DNA of 64,000 nt from Phoronis australis (taxonomy: Eukaryota > Animalia > Phoronida), in the NCBI GenBank assembly GCA_002633005.1, contig NMRA01000398.1, positions 8,010 through 72,009 of the forward strand, read 5' to 3'. The translations under genes were made by a program, and so were the position numbers. Under the pieces are notes generated by a model. That model saw nothing but the letters and a program-made list of their open reading frames with translations. It made no database searches and was not told the origin of the DNA. Positions within the stretch are counted from its first letter, which is position 1. Each line of letters begins with the position of its first letter. Positions 50,601 to 62,600 of this stretch are shown in pieces.

Positions 50601-53600
50601 ACAGAGTCCAGCCGCATTACATCCCGTGACTATTGCCCAGTAACGGTCACCATCTGCCATCTGTCGATTGCCAGCTAAAACAACAGTCACACGAGATGCC
50701 GCGTCCAGATCGTATTCGGTGACGGGGTGCTGATTGTCATCATGTGATTTAACGTCGACAACGTGACGAACAACAGGACTCTCCCCGTCAGTAAATTCCC
50801 ATTGAACACGAATTAGTGAAGGGTCATATTGAGTGTTGGCCTTACGTGACATACCATCCACATTGAATGACGGTGCCGTCTGTGCAGTCGGTGCTGTGTT
50901 ATCAATAATAAAATGTTGAGATGACACGATAGTAACGTGATCAGCATTGTTTGTTGCCTTTATTTTAACGTACAATTTTTTATGGGGTGTAAGTGACAGG
51001 CCGCCTTTGTGAATCTGTGATGCGAGATAGGCGTTAGTGTACGAGATCTCGCTGCAATCTTCACCATCATCCGTACCGATGCACCATTCGTACTGACGAA
51101 TATATGAATGCGGATCATTGAATCCGAACCAGCGGATGGAGATGGAAGACCTAAAAATTATGAAGGGCGTTTTTCATATGTTATGTCATGCTCCAACTAC
51201 TAAAGCACCTAAAAATCATGTACCAGATTGTAGTATTCGGGTTGCACACATGCACCTATGCATATTGATTTGAAAATGAGATCCTAACAACACAGCTGGG
51301 CAAAATCTCCATTCAGTCCTGATCAAATTATTGACTATTTGATCTAAATCGTGAAACATTGGCTATGTACGTTACTTATATTTAGATTATAATAAAAGTA
51401 CGCATGAGTACAATTCTCTGCCGATAAAGTAATTTTCATACTTAAGTTAAGCTAAAAAATAGGTAAATATTGACCACTCACGTTTCTGCCTGATACGTGG
51501 AATGGAAATCGTCATATCCTACTTTCACGACGCCAGGGAGTGGTGGAGAATTGTCGGCGATTACACCGTCAGATGTCGCTGTCTCACACATGTTGATCTC
51601 GTTACATGCTTTGACAGTGACATAGTACTTCTCACCGGGAAAGAGCTTCATGATGACTGTATATGCTAGAATAAATCCAATAAATGTACACCACTTAAAA
51701 AATAAGGCATCACGGTGTAAAAATAAAGTTCTTTACTATAGACAACCTCCGTAACGAGCTGCAAAAACCATGTAGATGCCCACAGGTTACTGTATCTGAC
51801 AAGTGTGCTTCACCGTACTGGCTTCACCGTACTGGCTTCACTGCAAGCCGCATTCACACTTGAGGAACTTCAGACAAGATCGTCCACTGAAGTGCTAACA
51901 CATGCCAGTTACAGTCAAGCATGGTAATATTACGGCTTAAGCGCTGCATGACTCGAAACATTTTTAACTGATTCTTTAGAGGAATTGGTTACAGCTGGAG
52001 TAACATTTTCCCCCAATATCAAGCCAGCACGCCAATACTACATGAACTAAATATGCTAAAACCTTATGTCTCCCATTTTGAGGTTTGAGGGACGGCCTGA
52101 TCTACCATATCCATTACAAAAAGCATCCTTCAAACGGAAGCCTTCTATATACCTTCTCCTAATATGAACGTGCACATTTTCAGTTCAAACCCCTTACAAA
52201 AATGAACTTAAGTTTTTCGCAAACTTTAGTTTTTCCAATTATAGAAACTTAAGTTTTCCTGACTTCTCAAGTTTTTCAGAAAACTGGAGTTTTTCATATG
52301 TGGAAAACTTGAATTTTCTAAAAACTCTAAGATTTCTATGTGATGAAAATTACGTCTTCAAGTTTTTAAAATTTGAATATTGTGAAATATTTAATTTTTT
52401 GTTCGAAATTTTCTCATTGTTTTCCAACAAAAAAATCTTGTTTGCTCATGCAAAACCCATCATCTCATAAAAATGTTGCCTGAATGTTTCCTTAACATTT
52501 ATATACATGTAGATACAAACCATATAACGACGAACGTTTAACCTAGTCAGTACAAATTTAGTGCAATTACGTAATCATCATCGCAGGTCCTTGTGAATTT
52601 AAATATAGACGAACATCCGGTGACCAACAGCAGTAAGAATGCACCCAATGTTCATCCCATGAGACACTTACTACACAATGTAATCAATAGAACTCATGCA
52701 ATTCTTAAAAAGACGTAGTTATTGTGCAAGTTTCCTTTGTGTTGAGTTGTATTCGTAAGGCAATTTCCACCGGAAGTCAACTGTTTGAATTTTATATCCC
52801 ACAATCGAAGAAAAAGTCGTGTGTCGGCTAGCCCGCGACTGAAGTTTACATTACTACGAGCAGAGCCTGAAAGAAGACATTTCAGAAGTTTTGGAAGTCA
52901 GGTTAGTGCCATAGAGCGTTCTAAAATCGATTGGCCACAATCGGTGCTGTGATTTCCACCGAACGTGTTATGTTCAGTTGTAGGCAATGACCATCGCCTC
53001 CGTTGGCCCGACCAGAGGCGATGCAACAACTATAGTAGGCAATGACCATTGCCTCTGTTGGCCCGAACCAGAGGCGATGCAGAGGCTATAGGCGCTCTGT
53101 ACGCCGGAAGCTTTTCGGCGAATTATGCCTCGTACCGACTAAACCATCCGAGTCACGTTGTTATAAATACTTTTTACGCATAGGAGGTTGTCGATGTGTT
53201 AAATTCCTTCCAACTCGAACAAATACTCCCGTTATGAAACTTTTTCTTCGAGCAGTCCCTATTTCAGTTCCCAAAATCGTGAAATCAATATTTTCATTTT
53301 TTTAACCAGTCCAAAGGTCAGAAGTTGCGGACCTACCGGCGAACTTTGAAAGCTGAAGTTCCCGCCCTTCGCGTACGTGTTGCCGGGAACCAGCCGTGCA
53401 TTTGCCGTGTTGTTAAACATTAAAATGTCCAATATGTTCACAAAGACTATTAAATGTCATATCAACAGCATTTATTTTTATCAAATACAAACAATAATTC
53501 ATTGAAATACAATCAGTTTCAAGTAACTTTTTAGAACTTAAGTTTTTCAAAATTGGAGTTGTATAAACTTAAGTTTTACAACTTAAGTTTTTCAGACTAA

Positions 53601-56600
53601 AAACTTAAGTTTTTCAAAAACTTAAGTTATGAAAACTTAAGTTCGTTCCAAAAAAAACTTGTTCAAAAATACTGAAGTTTTTGCCAAAAACTTAAGTTTT
53701 TCAGACCAAAAACTTAAGTTTTTCGATGAAAGCTTAAGTTCATTTTTGTAAGGGAAATCTTGCCTTATACGATGGCATATGTAAAATCCACACACCTGTC
53801 ACGTCACCAACGCTCTCGAAAGTATGGGCATCCTTTTCCCCGCGTTCCGTTCCTACAGCAACGTAATACCTAACACTTGACTCGCCATCTTGAAAGCCAA
53901 ACCAATTGGCTGATATCTTTGTGGTGTCTTGTTGATAATCCCAGTCGCCCTGTTAAAGAATAATTGACCTTCAAACACATTATTATCTTAAGGCATACGA
54001 TTATTATAAACCCCAAATCTGTCGAGTCTCTGGGAACCAGCTTAGGAATCGACTGATGGATTTCGTAATGAGTTTCTTTGAATAAAGGTTGAGAAATACA
54101 AAAGGCAGCGAAATCCGCTAAACCAGAATTCTTATACAGCCGATGGCAAGGAACGTTGGTCATGCGGATAGCTTTGGGTTTCCCCTTTTCGTTAGAGATC
54201 CATTCACACTACAAAATTGTAAACATTGTTTTACTGAGTTCATCCCATACAATTACAGGGGTGTGTTTTGGGAAGAGTGATTTAAGACTAAAGACAAAAT
54301 TTGGTCTTACACTCCACATAAGTATTTCTAGAAAATAATTAATATCTTTTGAGCAAGATGTCAGTGCCTGAGAGTATAGACATAACTGCTAGTTACTTAC
54401 ATAATTTCTAGGCTATTGCACTCATAATTACTTGGTTAAACCATTATTCAGCAATTGCAATGTGGGAGCATAAGAACAGTCTCTTGTTCAGTAACGCAAG
54501 GACCTCGCTAAAAAGCAAGACTTCGCGAGATTACGTGAGAAATTGCCGTGCGTTTCAAATAAGAACACGTGACTTTGACAAGGTTTTAGCTAGGTCCTAG
54601 CGTAGGTCCTAGCGTCTACTGAACGCACGCCAGATTTCGATCCTAATTAGGTCTTTTGTCACTTTTCATGAAATCGACCCCTGGCGTGCGTTCAGTAGAC
54701 GCTAGGACCTACGCTAAGACCTAGCTAAAACCTAGTCAAAGTCAAGAGTTCTCATTTAAAATGCACTGCAATATATCACGTAATCTCGCGAAGTCTTGCG
54801 TTACTGAACGGGAGGCTGGTCTACTGCTGTCTGCTGTTTCACTATTTTCTACCATTTAAGGACAATGCTCAGTCAAAACATTTCCTCAATATGTCTGAGC
54901 TGATAGCCTGGTTTGAAGTCGTTGATTTTCCCGACAGCCGTCATTTGATTCGCCTCAAGCCTAGTAAATGAGAATATGTAAGCTCCAAACGAGAGCGAGT
55001 GCTCGCGCGCACGCATGTGCGTGTGTGTGTGTTTGTGTGTGTGTGCGCGCTAGTTAATATGGGTAGTGATAGACGTTATTTCATTTAAAAAATGAAACGA
55101 ACTAGACGTAAACAGAACTTAGTTTACTTTGAAGGAATTGTAGTTGTCAATACCTCATCAACAATGTCTAAGCGCTAGATGACATAACCGTCTTCAGACA
55201 GGTAAACTCAACTCTATTCGGTAACCTGTGTTATATTCATGACTCATGCACTTAACGCTCAGTGTAGGAGACTACATAGCCTTGACAATTACTTAAAAGT
55301 TCATGCTTTTGTTCCCGCACATCACTTGGCTTTATTACGTGTTGACTTACATCTGTAGCATGGAAATAACCGACTGGAATTTAATGCAAAACTACTAGTA
55401 AGAGACTGCGGAAGAGTACAGTGTTTGAGAACATGACGTCGTTTCCTGTATCTGTAAAATTTGTGATAACGGAGCAACAAAGGCAAAAGAGGATGCAGTA
55501 TCCAGATAGAATTATAAGTTATCTGTCCTGCTCACAACTCACTTGTTTTCTGTCGGGTCCGTCGTAGACGTATCCCTTGGCTGGTCCTGTTGTGTCACAC
55601 GTGAAAACAGGAGAGGTGCCTGCAGCGGAAAGCCCTATCACATTTGTGGCCTGAAAGTTACAGAAAAGCTGCACAATAACAATCAAACTCACACAGATAC
55701 CAAAAAAAAAAAAAAAAAAAAAAAAAACAGCCAAGAAACGTACAACTCACAATGAGGCATAACTCTCAACTTTAAATATTGTCGACTTTAATCACTTACC
55801 TGATCTTTCAGCCAAATAACGTTGATAACACATGTGATTGGATTGAAAAAATCGGCACCCGAGAACCAATCAAACGTTCTAGAGTGTTGACGTCGGGAGA
55901 CTGAATCAGTAAATAAAGCCAACACAAAATAGACACTACGGTATGCAATAAAACAGTTGCCATACGTACAAGTATTTGCGCGTAGTATTGGTGACCTTCT
56001 ACGAGAGGAAGATCTTGGAAGGTGACAAAATTATGTGAAGCTTCGGTGAAAGCGACGACGTCCTGACTGCGCGGGTGGGTTCCTATGGCAACCCTGTACG
56101 TGATTAAAGCACTGTGGGGGTCACTAAATGCTTCCCAATGAATCTCCAATCGGTCGCAACGAACCATCGATTGATGTCGAGCTAGGCTCCCAACCCGAAC
56201 AATGTTGGCTTGTGGGGGAGATGTGTCAACAAAAATTCCGTGTGAAACTGCATTGGTTGATAGCCCCACGTGGTCAATAGCTGTAAAATATGTAAATAAC
56301 ACGTGTAAATAGTCAAGACAAGCTGACGAGAGTGCAAGTGTGATATTGACATCTTTTACTCAGTATCATAGACATTACCTCTGACAGAAACATAGTACGT
56401 CTTCCCAGATTCCAGATTAAGACCTGTTGCAGTGGTGCCCAGAGATTGACCAACGTCAACGAATGCGCGTACATCCACGGCGCCTGGAGTTGTTCCTTAA
56501 AATAATATGTTGTAATTACAATCACTACATTGAATAACAACGGCATAAATTTAAAGAGTCCAAAAATGGCAAACACTTAAAACACGAAGTTTCGATTAAT

Positions 56601-59600
56601 TTTTTTAGCATCTTCATCAACCTCTCTGACCAAAAAGTAATGCATTACTGGAGCTTACCTATTCCATATTTGTATGTCTTAATTCCTGAAGAATGGAACA
56701 TAACATCAGCCACAGATTCTTCAATGTCGGCGAAGCCCCACCACTTGATGACAAGTTCACGGTTGTTTTGCGTGTATCCTTGTCTCAGCGTGTCTACAGT
56801 GACAAATCCTCGGCTTGGCGGGCTCGTATCCACTATATAACCATTACTGCACATGCGCAGTTCTGGAAGAAACTCCTTTGACTTTTCTCGACTCACTATC
56901 GTCTGGTTGCTGTGGACACAAGTGTAGTACTTTCGTCCGTGTTGTAAATTCAAGCCAGTGAACGTGACGAAATTGTTGATAGTCTGGATTTGGTCTCCAA
57001 TGCATTCTTTCATACCGTGGGCGCAACCGAAAGGCATTGGCATAGTTGCATTAGTTCCGTTTACTTTATGACCAGTGAGATTATACGAATACTGAATGTA
57101 GTGGTGGACAGCCCCTGGTGTGTCTGTTATATACCAAATGTACCATGGATATTGAAGACCAGTCACAGCAGCGGAAACAGACTTTGTGTCGTTAATATAG
57201 TCCTTGTCCAAATTATGGAGAACACGAGCCTTTTCACCGAGTTTCACGCTGTTTACGAGATCACGTACACCCAACGTGGTTTGCAGATCGAAAATATAAT
57301 GGCCCTCGTCTATCCCACTGTCCGATATTTCAAAGGTTAAAGGCGATGATGCGATAGAAACAGCTCTTAGAGGATTGTATCCTTTCACAGAAAAGTAGAT
57401 TGCTTTCAGTGGTCTATGTTTCAGATGCATTTCGTGGGTCACCTGCAAAATCGTGGTTCAAATATAATAAAACCTTTTCGAAATTAGGAACTTGACTTTG
57501 GTAGGTTGAGAAATAATTCGATATTCTTATGACTTAGAAAAGTACAAGGTGATATGTTAACGAGAGGCCAAAACAGAACACGGTCAATGAACATGAGTGT
57601 TTTTTTAAGTGACTTTATTCCTTCACGCATGTCTGAAAAACATTGTGTTGAGCATTTTGTGTGAAATTGTAATGTAATTAAGGTTATGTGGGACTTTATA
57701 GACAACTGTGTATTCAGACAAATGTCTTCAAAAATTTTGATTCTAACTCAATTAAAAATATGTTTTAAAGTTGAAAGCACATGGAATTTTATAACTAAGA
57801 TTGTCATTAACTGGATAAGTGACCAGGTGTTTTCACTAAACTTTAGGGCAAAACAAAGGCTCATATACATGAAACTAACGTTATCAAGAACGCGCTAATT
57901 TCTTTTGTTGTAAATATTCAAGACCAAATCTCATTGACACTGTTAAAGTTTTATCATTTGTCATTTCATTTTCGTTTTAAGCCATTTTCATTGTTTTCAT
58001 CAAATTGTAAAAATTCTATCTTGTACAGCCCTTCACTGCATGTAAAATTGAAACACTTAAATATCTTAATAGTGTTTTGGAGATTGGAATGGTTTTTGAA
58101 ACTCTCATTCGATAACAATCCAATCAGTCGGTGTTGTTGTTGTTGCAAAATTTTCAAAATTTGTGTATAACTGTGAAGTTATTGCACGTCGGTTAAAGAA
58201 ACACAGTTTGACCAATACGCTTGTAAAAACTTAGAGAGTTACACATGTGAAGTAATATTTACTTGAATAGTGGCCTTGGAGAAGGAAGTGGATATGTTTG
58301 TCCAAGGAGTGATTGGAGCAACACCGTCTGGTTCTGACGTCACAGCCCACTGATGTTCCATCGCTTTGCTCTGTAGAGTTCCCTCGGTCACTAAAAATGG
58401 TGTCCACTCAGCTTCTATGAAGATCGTCATGCTGTCTCCAACTTTGGTGGCGTTGGCAACAACAGCTTTGACATTGGACGGTTGTACGTTAGTGTTGTAA
58501 ATCATAACGCCACTTGAAGTTACTGCTGGCAGACATTTTGAGTGAAAACACATGGCAACCCTTAAATGATACTGTTTCCCGTTTTGCAAGTTTAAGTTCC
58601 CCACGACATAGCTGTTAACTCGACCCACGTTTTTATTAGACACTATCAAGCCAACTTCACTACACGAGATGTTATCTGCAAACTGGCTGCAGTCATCTTC
58701 GACAACTGATAGTGAGTAGTGGGTGAAATGTGAGTCAAGATCACCGGAGTGGCGCCACCATCCGGCCAAGTGTTGTCGTGACGCCTGATAAGTGGTATCA
58801 TCGGAGCAAGATGACAGCACTGCACAACCAGGACCGTCAAATACCTGGAGTTGTGAATGGTGGGAAGACGGATCGATGACTTTTACCCCGTCAGACGACA
58901 CGGTTGCATTCCCGACAGATCCTTTAGCTGATACTGTGACGTAATATGACGTCTTGTCGGAAAGTGTCAACCCTGTGAAACAATGAGAAGTTGCATTGCC
59001 GACATTTGTGAAAGACTGGACATCCGACTGTGCCTTTGTCGTGCCAATGGCGACGTCATACGTTAATGTATCTCTGTAGTGCTCAAAACCTGACCACTTC
59101 GTACATAATTTGGATTTGCTGAATTGAAAATCAATGTCCGATTCGTGTTTAATATCCGTGTTGTCTTCGATATCGTATACAACTCCAGGTCTAGGAGGGG
59201 TAGTTGTTGGTAGGCGGAATCCTGTTGACTGGAAAATGGCGGATATCTTAACTGTGTTAGAGACTTGGATGGAGAAAAAGTATTCCTTGTCTGACTCGTG
59301 GTCGTGATCAACAAGTGACTTGAGGGGAAATCTTGCCTGGTATGAACCGGCACTATCTGTGATGTTGGTAAACTGTACAAGCTCTTGCGGATTGGTTGAG
59401 GTACCTTGAACATTGAATTAATACACGTGTTAGGGCCTATCTAAAAGTAAAACAAGATCATATTATCCATCAACGATGTCGACCCACATATTCAGTAACT
59501 GCAGAAGCTGAATAGCAAACATTGGAACTTGATTTCTTGAGCGTATACATGTAGTTGTACTCTAGCACAATTTGGAACAATTTTCAAGCCATAACTGGTG

Positions 59601-62600
59601 CCCTATAAAAAAACTGACTTAAGAGTCAAGACCAAACGTTTGTATAACTTAAGATCAAAATTCGGCTAATTTCAAAACCGTAGACGAAATTTCAAATCAG
59701 CTAAGCCTTTTATGAACCCAAATCGGATTGTGGCGTTTATTTGTAACTAAGACTCTGAGAAATTAGGTGGTCTTTGACATAGGTTAGCATACAAACTACA
59801 AGTAGGCTTTTGCCAACTGTTGCAAATTCATAAAACTAAGGCAGACGGTGTGTGAAACACGATTTCAAGAATAAAGTTGGCGTTGAAACTCTAAATGGGA
59901 TCTTTTTACATTTTGGATACAATTGGGATCTCGTTTATTTGAGAAAACCCTGGCATGGCTGGAAAATATCAATTGACATGTGTCCATGATAGCAAGTAGA
60001 AGCATATATTCAAGAAAACAACAACGGTTTTAAAACTTGAATGTTTCGGTGTCATTTATTAAACACCATCCTCAGAAGTGATAATACAGTGGCCACCTAG
60101 CTTGGCCCAGCAACAAGTAATGAAGCACAGATACAGTCAGTTACAGGGAGTGACTATGAACTAGACCAACAATGACAACCTGTGGTGTGTCAGTTGCCTA
60201 TTGAGATTGGGTTTGCACCAACTGATGTGTAAAGCCTCACGAATTTTAAACTTCTTTGTTGTTACTGCCTGGTCTATTATTGCAAAGTCATTGAAAGAGC
60301 TCTGCTGATAACAAAGATTGGAGCTCTGTAGGTGAATATTTACATGTGAATTTCTGTCATATAAATTCTGACAGAAATTCACATGTAAATATTCACCTAC
60401 AGAGCTCCAATAATCGTTATCATGAGTGCTCTTTCAATGACTTTGCAATAATAGACCAGGCAGTAACAAGAAAGGAGCTTAAAATTCGTGAGGCTTTACA
60501 CATCAGTTGGTGCAAGCCCAATCTCAATAGGCAGCTGACACACCACAGGTTGCCATTGTTGGTTTAGTTCATTATCACTCCCTGTAACTGACTGTATCTG
60601 TGCTTCATTACTTGTTGCTGGGCCTAGCTAGGTGTCCACTGTATTGTCACTTCTGAGGATGGTGCTTAATAAATGACACCGAAACATGTCAAGTTTTAAA
60701 ACCGTTGTTGTTTTCTTGAATTCACATGTGCATTTAGTAGTCCGCACTGCACTGTCTCCCCGAGTTAAGGCAGCTTTGCCGGTTCTAGAATAGAAAGCAT
60801 GCAAACTTCTTTTTAAATTTTTAGGAACATTAGTCTAGCATCAACGAAATTTGCTCTTTAACAGTTCACAGTGACAGTAGTTGTAAATTTTGGTCCAATC
60901 TTAAGCCTACTCCGTGGCTGGATAAATTTCGGTCTTAGTTTAAACCGATTAAGAAATTCCATGAAAGAGGGGTATGACATTTTGGCCTCAAGTTAGCCAT
61001 ATTTATGTCTCAGTTAAGAAGAAAACATTTCAAGACATAGTTCCGTAAACTTAGATTCATGCAAATGTAGCAATGACCAATCTCAGATTGGAATAGTCTT
61101 GAAATTTAATCATCAATTCATAGTACTGTTGTTGCATAAAATTGCAATGAGAAATAATTATAGAGAAAACCACTTAAACGGAGATGGACTGACCAGACAG
61201 TGGTGTGTGGTGGAACCACAGGTCCATACTAAAACTGCACAAGACTAAGCTAGGCAACTTTTAACCTCAACCTTTGACGTTCCGGAAAATATCCAGCTTG
61301 TAGGGATGAAAAAAAAACTCATTCTCCTTATGCCAATATTTTTGTTATTTCACTGCCATTGATTTGCTCACATATTGAATTTAGTCCGATGAAGTCAAAA
61401 GTTTAAAACGAAAGTATTGGAAATTTCCACAACTCTAATAACTAAGGTTTGATAATCCATATGTACAATGGACAAAACCTGTGTTTGTTTGCACAAGGTA
61501 CTAATGGTCAACAAGTTGTTACTCACTGAAATTACTGGATTGAGTAATGTTTTAACTTCCGGCAAGTATGTAGTCCGTTCACTAACCGGAAAGTGGCGCC
61601 CCTCGTCTAGGAGTTGTGAATCTTTGGTTACGTGCAAACGCACTTTAAGAAGTGACAGGCTTAGAATTATAGTAATTGCAGTCTGTCTGGTACACATTTC
61701 ACCAGACGTGCTCAGGCCACGCATGAGAGCCAATTGTACAGATCACCTCGAACCACTTTTGCATGTGGGTCAATTGTGCTAATCACCTCGAACCGTTTTG
61801 TACATTATTATTATGTAGATAAAACCGAGCTGATAAGCTAGACTTAAGGGTCTAGCAGTGTGGCCCAGTGAAACTCAATCCCAACGGCAACGACGACTAA
61901 AGGAAGTGGGCACCAATCACACTAAGCCATATTGCCTCATATGAGGCTTGAGATTCATACTGATCCCGGGTCCTATCGAAGCTAAATGTTGTGTACCTCA
62001 TATTGTATATAGACTCAGTTGACTAGCCTGTTGAAAACGTCAAAACAAAAATGGGCTCACCTAAAGCCCACTCAAATGCCGTTAATGGATTTTCGTCTTC
62101 GCTATCAGTGAAATCACTCGCAGACCAAGATAATGTGACTTCAGTGTGCCCTACAGATGGCGTAAACGTCTGGCTCGTTGTCGGTGGAGTTTGATCTATG
62201 ATGAATTTTCCAATAGCTTCAATAGATTCTAGGCCAACTTTGTTGATAGCCTTCACCATAACATACACTTGAGATGCTTGCCCGAATCCAGTGTGAAGCT
62301 TCTTAAAGTGCGTTTTCATTTGGGTTGACTGATACCCAACAATGTCCGGTACAGCTTTCTTGTTGGCAGCAGATGCGAATCCTATTTCATAATCGCGTAT
62401 TTGACTCTCAGATTCATTAAATTTCCATGAAAGCTCTAAAGTGTCTTTGTGGTGATAAATCGGTGTTTGTCCATTAGTTTTTATACCCAGAGGAACCTTG
62501 TAACTGACGAATACTGGGGGTGTCGTGTCAACGATAACACCATCACTGCAAGATGGTACCGATGGCGTAATGGCGTTGTTAATGGCAATTACACTGACGA

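Larger units (their letters stand above)
60008..60721. mobile_element. Penelope-like retroelement 3' fragment duplicated as a near-perfect 714-bp palindrome
   Basis: Arms 60008-60359 and 60369-60721 with a 9-nt loop. Each arm encodes outward SHVNIHLQ...FAIIDQA...KIREALHISWCKPNLNRQ, the GIY-YIG endonuclease C-terminus typical of PLEs, and ends in a hammerhead motif. Confidence 0.9.

Noticed and set aside
51808-51843. 14-bp tandem repeat, and a 40-bp direct repeat at about 61731-61800
   Set aside because: Ordinary local slippage duplications with no further structure.
53530-53745. CRISPR-like spaced palindromic repeats
   Set aside because: The repeats are about 12 bp with irregular short spacers, lie inside TIRs in eukaryotic DNA, and have no cas genes.
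60161-60567. Two 73-aa ORFs as a divergent gene pair
   Set aside because: They are mirror images from the palindrome, begin without ATG, and encode only the tail of a PLE endonuclease.
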